64,000 bases of DNA, taken from contig JAOINB010000001.1 in the NCBI GenBank assembly GCA_028139135.1, positions 45,171 through 109,170 of the forward strand. The letters run 5' to 3'. Shown in pieces: positions 36,978-46,772 of the stretch (positions are counted from its first letter, which is position 1; every line of letters begins with the position of its first letter). Made by a program: the position numbers and the translations under genes. The notes beneath the pieces are model-generated. The model was given only the letters and a program-made list of their open reading frames with translations, was not told where the DNA came from and did no database searches. The DNA is from Betaproteobacteria bacterium. Lineage in GTDB: Bacteria; Pseudomonadota; Gammaproteobacteria; Burkholderiales; Burkholderiaceae_A.

Positions 36978-38657
36978 ATGTACCAACCTAATACTTTTGA
37001 TTTGTCCAGGCTTAGAGAAAGAGCTTCTCAATTCGAAAACCAACTCAAGCGTCATAAAGAGGGTGTTACTACCCCTGAGGAGTTCCGTCCCTTGAGGTTA
37101 CAAAATGGTTTATATATTCAACGTCATGCGCCTATGCTGAGAATAGCAATAGCGTATGGGATGTTAAATACTCGTCAGCTAAAATCCTTAGCTCAAATAA
37201 CGACCAAATACGATAGAGGATACGGTCATTTAACAACTAGACAAAATATGCAACTAAACTGGATAAAAGTGGATGATGTCCCAAAAGCTCTGAAAGAACT
37301 AGCTGAAGTTGGCTTGCATGGTATCCAGTCTAGTGGGAACTGTTTAAGGAATATAACCAGTGACGCTTTAGCTGGGATATGTAAAGGTGAAATCGTTGAT
37401 CCAAGACCTTATGCTGAAATTCTTCGGCAATGGAGCACCTTTCACCCGGAACTTTCCTTTCTACCTAGAAAATTTAAGGTTGCTTTTACAGGTGCTGTAG
37501 AAGATAGAGCACTAATACAAGTTCATGACCTAGCATTTGAGGCTATTGCCCCTGAACCGGAAGTGAGATTTAGAGTTCGAGCCGGAGGTGGACTAGGAAG
37601 AACACCGGTATTAGGTCCTGTAATTCATGACAGTCTTCATTGGACCGATATCACGCGGTACACTCACGCTTTGATGCGACTATATAATCGGTTAGGAAGA
37701 CGTGATAATCTGACAAAAGCAAGGATTAAAATTCTTATTAGATCAGTTGGAACCAATGAATTTAAAAAATTGTTAGATGAGGAATTCACAGACGTAAAAC
37801 AAAATTCCAAACAATTAGATTTAAGCGATTTAGATAGAGTTAAAAATCAATTTCTAGAAGAACGTGAGATTGTAAAAAAAGTCTCTGACTCAGGAAAAAT
37901 AAATCAAGGTGTAATCGAAAAAACAACTGATACTGTAGATTTTATTAATTGGAAAAATAGATGTGTAATCAATCATAAATATCCTGGATTGAGTATTGTT
38001 AAGGTTCCGGTAAAAGGAGAAGGTCGAGCCCCTGGAGACGTCACCGCAGAGGAAATGTTATCGTTGTGCGAGATTGCTGACGAGTTCAGTGCATCTCTAG
38101 TCCGAGTAACACATGCCCAAAATTTTGTTTTGCCGTATGTATCTAATTCAGTCTTACCTGACTTATATCTCAAACTACGAGAACTAAGTATGGCACGACC
38201 CGTAAGTGGTTTATTAACTGATATGGTCTGCTGTCCTGGAGGAGATTTTTGCTCTCTAGCAAATGCGAGATCAATTACTGTAGCTGAAGATATTAATCGT
38301 CGATATAAATCTCTCGACAAATTAGAATCGCTCGGCAATATAGATTTAAGAATATCAGGATGTATGAATAGTTGTGGGCATCATCATATCGGAAATATCG
38401 GAATTCTTGGAGTTGATAAAGACGGAAAAGCATTTTATCAGCTGTTATTAGGTGGCAACTCAGGAGAAAAAGGTAAAGCGAGCCTTGGGAAAATTATTGC
38501 CAAAGCATTTGCAGAAGATGAGATTAGCGATGCTGTAGAAAACATCCTTCAACACTACCTTAGTAAGAGAGACAAAAACGAGACCTTTCAAAACACCGTT
38601 GCGAGACTAGGAAATGCTTCATTTGCAGAGGCTGCTAACAAAGCTAGAAAATCCTGA
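36978..38657 (+). CDS. cysI: Assimilatory sulfite reductase hemoprotein (nitrite/sulfite reductase family)
   Basis: Siroheme/4Fe-4S cysteine motifs CCPGGDFCSLA and SGCMNSCGHHHIGNIG. Confidence 0.9.
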   Translation: MYQPNTFDLSRLRERASQFENQLKRHKEGVTTPEEFRPLRLQNGLYIQRHAPMLRIAIAYGMLNTRQLKSLAQITTKYDRGYGHLTTRQNMQLNWIKVDDVPKALKELAEVGLHGIQSSGNCLRNITSDALAGICKGEIVDPRPYAEILRQWSTFHPELSFLPRKFKVAFTGAVEDRALIQVHDLAFEAIAPEPEVRFRVRAGGGLGRTPVLGPVIHDSLHWTDITRYTHALMRLYNRLGRRDNLTKARIKILIRSVGTNEFKKLLDEEFTDVKQNSKQLDLSDLDRVKNQFLEEREIVKKVSDSGKINQGVIEKTTDTVDFINWKNRCVINHKYPGLSIVKVPVKGEGRAPGDVTAEEMLSLCEIADEFSASLVRVTHAQNFVLPYVSNSVLPDLYLKLRELSMARPVSGLLTDMVCCPGGDFCSLANARSITVAEDINRRYKSLDKLESLGNIDLRISGCMNSCGHHHIGNIGILGVDKDGKAFYQLLLGGNSGEKGKASLGKIIAKAFAEDEISDAVENILQHYLSKRDKNETFQNTVARLGNASFAEAANKARKS

Positions 38658-38667
38658 GGGATGAAAA

Positions 38668-39090
38668 ATGACCCTGCATGATACAAAAATAATCACTATA
38701 AATTTAATTACAGGCGAGTTGGTAGAGACAAAAATTCCAATAAAAGTTTTAGATCCAGATAAGGTTGGTGTGAGAACCTCTGAAATCTCCAAAGAAGTTT
38801 TGGAGGAGAAAAGTATTGCAATTTCTTTTAGTAAAATGACTGACGGTAGAGCCTACTCGTTAGCTGCAAAAATAAAAGAAATAGCTGACGGTATTGAAAT
38901 TCATGCGATTGGAAAAATTAATCAGGAAATTTGTTATTTTTTAAAAAGAAGTGGGTTTGACATAGCCCATTTTGAATCTAGTTCCGAGGAATCGATTTTT
39001 GTTAAAGAGCGCGAAGAACTGGCTTCAATCCTTAACCCGTTTAAAAACCACTACCAATCTGGTAAAGACAACTCAGGAGGACTTTTTTAA
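38668..39090 (+). CDS. DUF934 protein (sulfite-reduction-associated)
   Basis: FSKMTDGRAYSLAAKI...HAIGKINQEICYFLKRSGFD is the DUF934 pattern. Lies immediately after cysI. Confidence 0.8.
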   Translation: MTLHDTKIITINLITGELVETKIPIKVLDPDKVGVRTSEISKEVLEEKSIAISFSKMTDGRAYSLAAKIKEIADGIEIHAIGKINQEICYFLKRSGFDIAHFESSSEESIFVKEREELASILNPFKNHYQSGKDNSGGLF

Positions 39091-39092
39091 AA

Positions 39093-39878
39093 ATGATCGC
39101 TTTAAAAAATCCAATATTTTTCGTGGGAGCTGGACCAGGAAACCCTGACCTCATTACCGTTAAAGGTATGAAGCTTATCCAGGATGCCGACGTAATCTTT
39201 TACGATGCACTCATTGACTTTAAGGGTTTTCAAGCACTTAATAAATCGGCCAACTGGATTTTTGTTGGGAAAAGGGCTGGCAAAGTATCAATTGACCAAA
39301 AATTAATTGGAAAACTATTAGTTAATTACTACCAAAATAATAATAAAGTTGTACGACTCAAAGGGGGAGACCCAAGCATTTTTGGAAGGCTAACAGAAGA
39401 AATCGTAGCCTTAAATAAATACGATATACCTTTTGAGATCGTGCCAGGTATCACAGCAGGACTTGCTTGCGCGGCAGAATTAAATGTTAGCTTGACCAAA
39501 AGAAATGTATCGAGATCTGTTTGTTTTGTCACACCAGCTTTCTCAGATAAAAGTAATGTTAGTTGGTTAAGATCCGTTCTAAATAGCGATACTGCTGTTA
39601 TTTATATGGGTGGAAAAGACCTGGAGAAAATCGCCTCTTTATTGATTGATAGCAAGATGTCAGTAGATATGCCCGTTGCAATTATTGAAAATGCGAGCAC
39701 AAGACCAGTAAAAACACTATCAAAACTCTCACGCTTAATGACGTATCACCTAAAAACAGATGGTCCGGTGTGCTTAATAATTGGGAATATTTTCAGCTTC
39801 ACAAATACTATGCTGGCAGAAGATGTGGTCATCAAAGATGACGATCCTAAAGAAGAGAAGATATCGTATGTTGCTTAA
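39093..39878 (+). CDS. cobA: Uroporphyrinogen-III C-methyltransferase
   Basis: FVGAGPGNPDLITVKG and VVRLKGGDPSIFG motifs. Confidence 0.9.
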   Translation: MIALKNPIFFVGAGPGNPDLITVKGMKLIQDADVIFYDALIDFKGFQALNKSANWIFVGKRAGKVSIDQKLIGKLLVNYYQNNNKVVRLKGGDPSIFGRLTEEIVALNKYDIPFEIVPGITAGLACAAELNVSLTKRNVSRSVCFVTPAFSDKSNVSWLRSVLNSDTAVIYMGGKDLEKIASLLIDSKMSVDMPVAIIENASTRPVKTLSKLSRLMTYHLKTDGPVCLIIGNIFSFTNTMLAEDVVIKDDDPKEEKISYVA

Positions 39879-40254
39879 AAAAAACCCTACTGCTGTCGTT
39901 TTGCTTGCACACGGTTCTAGTGATCCCAACTGGAAAAATCCTTTCATAGAACTGACAAAAGAAACTCTACAAGAGGGTGACTTGAGAAAAGTTAATCTGG
40001 CATTTTTTGAGTTAGAAAAACCCTCCTTAGAAGATATTGTTACCAAATTACATACTGAGGGAGAAAAAAATATTTTTATTTTTCCTGTCCTTTTAGCTAA
40101 TGGCTATCATTTGAAAGTTGATCTTCCAAAACGTCTTAAACTTTTAAGTGAAAAATACCCAGGCTTAGAATTTACTACGGGCTCTGCATTAATAGAGCAG
40201 CTGAAAGTCAGAAAGTCTATTTCTGAACAAATAAAACAAGTAACTTTTTCATGA
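39868..40254 (+). CDS. cbiX: Sirohydrochlorin chelatase (CbiX-type, short)
   Basis: VVLLAHGSSDPNW motif. Start placed at ATG 39868, overlapping the cobA stop. Confidence 0.7.
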   Translation: MLLKKNPTAVVLLAHGSSDPNWKNPFIELTKETLQEGDLRKVNLAFFELEKPSLEDIVTKLHTEGEKNIFIFPVLLANGYHLKVDLPKRLKLLSEKYPGLEFTTGSALIEQLKVRKSISEQIKQVTFS

Positions 40255-40928
40255 ACACAAATATCGTCAATGAATCAATTGCCATTCTTAGAAAAGCTGT
40301 TTCTTTGAAAAAAGGAATAGTATTTAGTACCAGCCTCGGGATCGAAGATCAGGTGATCACCCATCTAATATGCAAAAACTCTTTACCTGTTGAGTTTTTC
40401 ACACTTGATACTGGAAGACTATTTCCTGAAACCCTGAATTTGATACGAGAAACTGAAAACACATACCAGATAAAAATTAAAGTATATTACCCAATCACAG
40501 AAGAGGTTGAAAGATACGTTTCTATTAATGGCATTAATGGTTTCTATGAAAGCAAAGCACAAAGACTACAGTGCTGTGAAATTCGAAAAGTAAGTAGTTT
40601 AAAAAGAGCGCTTGTTGGTAAAAATGCGTGGATCACCGGAATGAGAAAGGAGCAAAGTGAGAATCGCTCTGATCTAAAAGAAGAAGAAATGGATGAGGTT
40701 AATAATATTAGAAAATTTCATCCCTTAATAAATTGGAAAAGGGATTTTATGCTCAGATATGTTATTAACGAAGCAATTCCTATTAATCCATTACATCACA
40801 GAGGTTTCAATAGTATAGGGTGCGCTCCTTGTACACGTCCTATCAAATCTTACGAGAAAGAGAGGGATGGGAGATGGTGGTGGGAAAACGAATTAGAACC
40901 TAAGGAGTGTGGATTACATGCAAAATAA
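40251..40928 (+). CDS. cysH: Adenylylsulfate (APS)/PAPS reductase, Fe-S-type
   Basis: CC pair (RLQCCEIRK) plus GCAPCT Fe-S ligands and the C-terminal ECGLH. ATGA overlap with cbiX. Confidence 0.9.
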   Translation: MNTNIVNESIAILRKAVSLKKGIVFSTSLGIEDQVITHLICKNSLPVEFFTLDTGRLFPETLNLIRETENTYQIKIKVYYPITEEVERYVSINGINGFYESKAQRLQCCEIRKVSSLKRALVGKNAWITGMRKEQSENRSDLKEEEMDEVNNIRKFHPLINWKRDFMLRYVINEAIPINPLHHRGFNSIGCAPCTRPIKSYEKERDGRWWWENELEPKECGLHAK

Positions 40929-41829
40929 TTTCTTGGACTCCTCTTATATAGAGCAATTAGAAAATGAAGCTATCTATATTTTGAGAGAAGTTGCAGCAAC
41001 GGCAAAAAAATCTGCGCTTCTTTTTTCCGGCGGTAAAGATTCAGTTGTACTACTACGACTTGCTGAAAAAGCATTCCGGCCCATGAAATTCCCATTTCCA
41101 CTTTTACATATAGATACAGGTCATAACTTTCCTGAAGTTATTGCGTTCAGAGATAAACGAGTTAAAGAACTTAATGAAAAGCTCATCGTCGGTTACGTTG
41201 AGGACTCGATTGCCAGGGGATCCGTAACTTTGAAAAATAAAGACGATTCGAGAAATGCAGCACAATCTGTAACTCTTCTTGAAACTATCGAGGAATATCA
41301 ATTCGATGCCCTTATAGGTGGAGCTAGAAGAGACGAAGAAAAAGCACGAGCAAAGGAACGGATTTTTTCTTTTAGAGACGAGTTTGGTCAGTGGGATCCA
41401 AAAAATCAACGTCCTGAGCTATGGGATCTTTTTAATACTCATATTGATAAAGGGGAGCATATCCGAGTATTTCCAATATCTAATTGGACAGAGATGGATG
41501 TCTGGCATTACATCATGATAGAAGAACTAGAACTTCCGTCAATATACTTTACCCACGAAAGGGAAGTGTTTTCAAAAAATAATCTACTTGTTCCAGTAAC
41601 TGAATACACGCAACCTCCTAGCGATGTAACCGTTAAAAAAAGGAATGTGAGGTTCAGAACTGTCGGAGATATATCATGTACCTGCCCTGTACTGAGTTCT
41701 GCCAAAAATCCTGAAGAAATAATTATGGAAACAGCGTCTTCTTCTCTTAGCGAAAGGGGTGCTACAAGATTAGACGATCAAACAAATGAAGCCTCTATGG
41801 AACGGAGAAAAAAAGAGGGGTACTTCTAA
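40918..41829 (+). CDS. cysD: Sulfate adenylyltransferase subunit 2
   Basis: PP-loop SGGKDSVVLL, full-length CysD. Confidence 0.9.
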   Translation: MQNNFLDSSYIEQLENEAIYILREVAATAKKSALLFSGGKDSVVLLRLAEKAFRPMKFPFPLLHIDTGHNFPEVIAFRDKRVKELNEKLIVGYVEDSIARGSVTLKNKDDSRNAAQSVTLLETIEEYQFDALIGGARRDEEKARAKERIFSFRDEFGQWDPKNQRPELWDLFNTHIDKGEHIRVFPISNWTEMDVWHYIMIEELELPSIYFTHEREVFSKNNLLVPVTEYTQPPSDVTVKKRNVRFRTVGDISCTCPVLSSAKNPEEIIMETASSSLSERGATRLDDQTNEASMERRKKEGYF

Positions 41830-41831
41830 AA

Positions 41832-43097
41832 ATGAAAAGGCATGGATTAATACGATTTATAACTGCTGGAAGTGTTGATGATGGAAAGAGTACACTCATA
41901 GGTAGGCTATTATACGACTCAAAATTAGTCTTAACCGATCAATTACACAATCTTGTCAATGCAAAAAGTAGTAGAGCATCGGAGAATGAAATTGATTTTT
42001 CTTTTTTGACAGATGGACTTGAATCTGAACGTGAACAAGGAATCACGATAGATGTAGCCTACCGATATTTTTCAACAAAAAACAATAAATTCATAATTGC
42101 AGACTGTCCAGGTCACACACAGTATACAAGAAATATGATCACTGGAGCATCTAATGCCGACTGTGTCATTCTGCTAATTGATGTAACAAAAGCTTTGGAT
42201 GGAAACCTTCTAGAGCAGACGAAAAGGCATGCGCTTGTTTCCTCGATATTAGATATACCGAATGTTATTCTTGCGGTAAACAAAATGGACCTTGTTAATT
42301 TTGACCAAAATATTTTTCAAAAAGTTACTAACTCATTCAAAAAATTTACAGAGACCTTAAATTGGAAAGTGAACTTCATATCAATACCAATTTCAGCTCT
42401 CAAAGGCGATAATATCGTAAAAAAATCAGAACAAACGGCATGGTATAGAGGTGAACCGATTATACGTGTCCTGGAAGAATTGGAGTTTAACGATCATAAT
42501 ACAGCCTCCGATTTTAAATTTCCCATTCAGTATGTGATGCGCTGGGATGGTGAAAAAGAAAAAGCACAAAGGGCTTACTGTGGAAAAATTGAAGACGGAG
42601 TCCTTAATCAAGGTCAAGAACTTAAGATAATGGGGACAGATCAACTCGTAAAAATAAAAAAAATTATTTATGGAGGAAAGGAAGTTTCTCAAGTAGAAAA
42701 AAACAGTTGCATTATGGTGTGGTTATCTGACGAAGTAGACCTTGCTAGAGGTGATGTATTATTGAATAGAGACAGTCTCCTAGTTGCGTCTTCAAGTTTG
42801 AATGTAAATATCGCATGGCTTGACAGAGACGCGTTTAATCCTAAAAAAAAATATATTCTTCGACAAGGAACTACCGAGACATTCGCAAAATTAACAGTGG
42901 AATCAAAAATAGATTTAGAAACACTAGAAAACTACAAATCATCCGAGATGAGAATGAATGAAATTGGTTCTGCAACGTTGAAACTGGCTAAACCGATTTT
43001 GAATGATGATTATACATATATAAATAAACTGGGTGCGTTGGTTTTGATTGACCCGATAACCCATCAAACTTCTGCCGCTTTAATGATCAAAGGATAA
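41832..43097 (+). CDS. cysN: Sulfate adenylyltransferase subunit 1 (GTPase only, no APS-kinase domain)
   Basis: G1 GSVDDGKST, G3 DCPGH, G4 NKMD. 421 aa. Confidence 0.9.
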   Translation: MKRHGLIRFITAGSVDDGKSTLIGRLLYDSKLVLTDQLHNLVNAKSSRASENEIDFSFLTDGLESEREQGITIDVAYRYFSTKNNKFIIADCPGHTQYTRNMITGASNADCVILLIDVTKALDGNLLEQTKRHALVSSILDIPNVILAVNKMDLVNFDQNIFQKVTNSFKKFTETLNWKVNFISIPISALKGDNIVKKSEQTAWYRGEPIIRVLEELEFNDHNTASDFKFPIQYVMRWDGEKEKAQRAYCGKIEDGVLNQGQELKIMGTDQLVKIKKIIYGGKEVSQVEKNSCIMVWLSDEVDLARGDVLLNRDSLLVASSSLNVNIAWLDRDAFNPKKKYILRQGTTETFAKLTVESKIDLETLENYKSSEMRMNEIGSATLKLAKPILNDDYTYINKLGALVLIDPITHQTSAALMIKG

Positions 43098-43108
43098 AAT
43101 ACTTTTCC

Positions 43109-44080
43109 ATGAAAATACGAGACCCCGATCTTAGTAATGATCCATTACAAAAAGAGCACGCAGAAGTAGGTTTACCTCAACTTGAAGCTGGTACATTTCA
43201 AGGGGAGAAACATCCTTTTTTGTTCCTCTTCTGTTGGATTGCGGGCTTTTGCATGCTACTTGTTTTAGTGTTTTTGGTCTCAAAATTTATTCATTCGAAT
43301 GGTACAAATTCCTTTTCAATATTACTAGATATTTTCGTGACTCCAGAATTTTGGAAGGCATTGATCATAGGATTTTTAGCTCAGGTTATTGATGGGGCTC
43401 TTGGAATGGCATATGGTATTTCAGCAACATCTTTTCTTTTGTCAACGGGATCGTCTCCGGCAGTTGCTAGTGCTAGCGTCCATATCGCAGCTGTTTTCAC
43501 AACTGGTTTATCCGGAATCTCACACGTGAACCTTGGTAACGTTTCAAAGGATCTTTTTATCAGACTGCTTATTCCTGGAATAATCGGCGCATTATTCGGC
43601 GTTCTTTTAGTTACTCAAATCGATATGGATTTTTTTAAGCCCATAATGTGCGCATATCTTCTTGTGATGGGATTAATTATTGTTAAAAAAGCTTTCAAAA
43701 AGAAAAGTCAGCAGCTGTCGAACAATACTTCAAATATTGGAAAGCTCGCATTTTTTGGCGGTTTTGTTGACTCTGCAGGTGGTGGAGGATGGGGCCCAAT
43801 TGTTACTACAAACTTACTTGGAAAAGGACAAGACCCTCGTTCAACAATTGGCTCGGTTAACTTTGCAGAATTTTTTTTAACGCTTTCTACTGCTGGTTTT
43901 TTTACAATTTTTGTTACCGCAAGTCCATGGATAAGTGTCGCTGGACTAGTAGTTGGAGGACTTTTTGCAGCTCCTTTTGCAGCATTACTTTGTAGGAAAA
44001 TTCCCCCGAAAATTTTGATGATAATTGTAGGATTGGTAGTTTGTGTGGTGAGCACATTTACCCTAGTTCAAGTTCTTTAA
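43109..44080 (+). CDS. TauE/SafE (TSUP) family anion permease
   Basis: About 8 TMs, two Gly-rich repeats. Last gene of the cys operon. Confidence 0.8.
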   Translation: MKIRDPDLSNDPLQKEHAEVGLPQLEAGTFQGEKHPFLFLFCWIAGFCMLLVLVFLVSKFIHSNGTNSFSILLDIFVTPEFWKALIIGFLAQVIDGALGMAYGISATSFLLSTGSSPAVASASVHIAAVFTTGLSGISHVNLGNVSKDLFIRLLIPGIIGALFGVLLVTQIDMDFFKPIMCAYLLVMGLIIVKKAFKKKSQQLSNNTSNIGKLAFFGGFVDSAGGGGWGPIVTTNLLGKGQDPRSTIGSVNFAEFFLTLSTAGFFTIFVTASPWISVAGLVVGGLFAAPFAALLCRKIPPKILMIIVGLVVCVVSTFTLVQVL

Positions 44081-44111
44081 TTTGTTGTATCATTAAGTGA
44101 TTAAAAAATAA

Positions 44112-44939
44112 TTGAGAAAAAATATGAATGACTTATCTTCACCCTTTGCTTCCAGAGATGCGCAAAGCAATATCATTAATAACCCAGATATTCCAACATC
44201 CGAAAAATTCTCAGATCCCTTAGAAGAGCAAACCCACCGAAAAAAAAGATTGGTCGTTAGCCTGAAACTTTTCTCTTCCTTTGGTTTTGATGAAGGAGTA
44301 GCGGGTCATATTACAGTACGAGACCCTATAGATCAGGAAAGCTTCTGGGTTAATCCGTTTGGTATACATTTCAGCGAAGTTGGAATAACTGATCTAATCA
44401 GAGTCACTCATGATGGAAAGATTGTGGAAGGAACTAACCCAGTAAATGCAGCCGCGTTTGCGATCCATTCTAGAATCCACATGGCTCATCCCAACATAAA
44501 TGCTGCATGTCATGCACACTCTGTATATGGAAAAACATGGTCCACGTTTGGACAATGCCTGGATCCAATTACGCAAGATTCTTGTGCATTTTATGAACAC
44601 CATGATGTATTCAAACAATACTCAGGGCTAGTGCTTGAAACAAGTGAAGGTGACGAGATTGCAAAATTACTATCCAATAAAAAAGCATTAATTCTTCAAA
44701 ACCATGGCTTACTAACAGTAGGGAGTTTTGTTGAATCAGCAGCATGGTGGTTCATTACTATGGAAAGAAGTTGTCAGGCACAATTAATGGCAAATTCCGT
44801 GAATGGAAAAGATATTATAAGAATTTCCAATGATGCTGCAAGAAAAGCATTTGATATAATCGGAAACGAGGAGGCTGGTTGGTTTGGCTTTCAACCTTTA
44901 TTGCAGAAGATTATTAAAAAGTACCCTGAATTAAAATAG
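44112..44939 (+). CDS. Class II aldolase/adducin-family protein
   Basis: GHITVRD...AFAIHSRIH...ACHAHS...LQNHGLLTVG motifs. Confidence 0.8.
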   Translation: MRKNMNDLSSPFASRDAQSNIINNPDIPTSEKFSDPLEEQTHRKKRLVVSLKLFSSFGFDEGVAGHITVRDPIDQESFWVNPFGIHFSEVGITDLIRVTHDGKIVEGTNPVNAAAFAIHSRIHMAHPNINAACHAHSVYGKTWSTFGQCLDPITQDSCAFYEHHDVFKQYSGLVLETSEGDEIAKLLSNKKALILQNHGLLTVGSFVESAAWWFITMERSCQAQLMANSVNGKDIIRISNDAARKAFDIIGNEEAGWFGFQPLLQKIIKKYPELK

Positions 44940-44952
44940 CGGTAGCAGGATA

Positions 44953-45972
44953 TTGAACTTCGTTGAAGATTTTCGAGTTCCTTTATGGTTATTTAACGGT
45001 CATTTGCAAACAATTTGGCCAGCTACGGTCGGTAAAAAACACTTACGAAGAAAAGTTCGTCCGTCTTATTTTCGAGAAAAATGGAAGACTCCTGATAATG
45101 ACTTCATAGAGATCGACTTTAACCAGAATTTTTACAAGGAACGAAACCCGATTGTTGTTCTTTTTCACGGTTTAGAGGGTTCTTCTTCAAGTTATTACTC
45201 TTTAGCTTTTTACCAGGCATGCAAAGAATTGAAATTTTCATTATCTATCCCACATTTCAGGGGTTGTTCAGGTCCAGCAAATGAACTTCCACGTTCATAT
45301 CATGCCGGAGATAGCGAAGAGATAAACTGGATACTAGAAAAGTATTCTAAGATTTGCGTAGAACAAAATAGAGAGTTATATGTTTTTGGGGTTTCCCTCG
45401 GTGGCAATGCTTTGCTTCACTGGGCAGGGACATATGTCTCAAATTCCCTCCTTATTTCAAAACTTCGTTGTATTGTATCAATTTGCGCTCCTATCAATTT
45501 ACGTTCATCTGGCCTTGCAATAGACAGGAAAATTAATCGGCTTGTTTATGCAAGTTACTTTCTTCGATCAATGAAAAGAAAAGCAAGAGACAAATGGAAT
45601 CAATATCCAGATGACTTCTCATGTGAGAAAGTGCAAAACGCAAAAACCATTTACGAATTTGATAATTCGTACACTGCACCTGTCCACGGATTTCTAAATG
45701 TTGAAGACTATTGGCAGCAAGCCTCAGCTGCAATGGTTATAGAAAAAATTAGAGTCAAAACTCTTTTAATAAATTCAAGAAATGATCCAATTGTCCCCTT
45801 CTCTTCCCTACCACATTCAGAAATTTCTAAAAACCAGAATATCGAAACATGGTACCCGACTGCAGGAGGCCATGTTTGTTTCGTCCATTCACCAAAACCT
45901 ACTCATCTAAGTACAGATAACTATTTTTTTCCAAAATCAGTGCTTAACTGGTGCAAAAATCAATGTTATTAG
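44953..45972 (+). CDS. Alpha/beta hydrolase (YheT-like)
   Basis: HGLEGSS and the nucleophile elbow GVSLGGN. Confidence 0.8.
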   Translation: MNFVEDFRVPLWLFNGHLQTIWPATVGKKHLRRKVRPSYFREKWKTPDNDFIEIDFNQNFYKERNPIVVLFHGLEGSSSSYYSLAFYQACKELKFSLSIPHFRGCSGPANELPRSYHAGDSEEINWILEKYSKICVEQNRELYVFGVSLGGNALLHWAGTYVSNSLLISKLRCIVSICAPINLRSSGLAIDRKINRLVYASYFLRSMKRKARDKWNQYPDDFSCEKVQNAKTIYEFDNSYTAPVHGFLNVEDYWQQASAAMVIEKIRVKTLLINSRNDPIVPFSSLPHSEISKNQNIETWYPTAGGHVCFVHSPKPTHLSTDNYFFPKSVLNWCKNQCY

Positions 45973-46018
45973 TCATTTTAAAGTAGTTAATTTGTTACAA
46001 TAATCTAAAGGAGACCCT

Positions 46019-46102
46019 ATGAAACCAATAGTTTTAATCATAATTCTTGCGCCAGCTGCCATTACGCTACTTCTTTTACTAGCCCAGCCTCCTATTTCCT
46101 AA
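46019..46102 (+). CDS. Possible 27-aa hydrophobic mini-protein
   Basis: Own translation MKPIVLIIILAPAAITLLLLLAQPPIS. AAAGGAG SD 6-7 nt upstream of the ATG. No homology argument. Confidence 0.3.
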   Translation: MKPIVLIIILAPAAITLLLLLAQPPIS

Positions 46103-46767
46103 AGTTTGGATGTTAGAAAATAAGATATGTCGTTCAGTTCCGTGGGGCTAACTGAATGTCCAAGATGGGCATAACTTTGCCACTCCACATCAAAACCTTG
46201 ATACTTTAAGTCATTGTAAGCTTTGAACCCCCACTCTTTCTTAACTACATCGTCTTCTTCACCATGACAAATAAAAACAGGAGGCTTACGTTTTGGTATT
46301 TGATTGGTAGCAGATGCTGATGTAGCATCTTGCAAAAGATATCCTGAGCAACAAATTACCCCGGAAAGATTATGATTAGTACGAGTGGCAATCAATAGGG
46401 CAAGAGCGCCTCCTTGAGAAAACCCACCCAAAAAAACTTTAACACTGCTCGAAGCATTATCGATTTCTGATTGTATTACACTTTCAATTTCTTGCAAGGA
46501 ACAAAGGGCTCCATCTATATCTTGTGGTGCATTTCTGTCCAGACCAACAATGTCATACCATGCGGGCATCACCATTCCACCATTTAAAGTTACACTTTGC
46601 GCGGGAGCCTGAGGCAAAATAAACTTAACGCCTAAATTTTCAGGTAATGACATGTTATCTGCTAAAAACTTAAAGTCCTCTGCAGGTGCGCCTAAGCCAT
46701 GTAGCCAAACAATCAAAACCGAGTAATCATTTGTCTTGCTACGTAAAAGTTCAATTTTTTCCAGCAT
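46099..46767 (-). CDS. Carboxylesterase/phospholipase-family alpha/beta hydrolase
   Basis: LHGLGA, GFSQGG elbow, and the C-terminal H (HLGHS). Confidence 0.85.
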   Translation of the reverse strand: MLEKIELLRSKTNDYSVLIVWLHGLGAPAEDFKFLADNMSLPENLGVKFILPQAPAQSVTLNGGMVMPAWYDIVGLDRNAPQDIDGALCSLQEIESVIQSEIDNASSSVKVFLGGFSQGGALALLIATRTNHNLSGVICCSGYLLQDATSASATNQIPKRKPPVFICHGEEDDVVKKEWGFKAYNDLKYQGFDVEWQSYAHLGHSVSPTELNDISYFLTSKL

Positions 46768-46772
46768 GGTCT

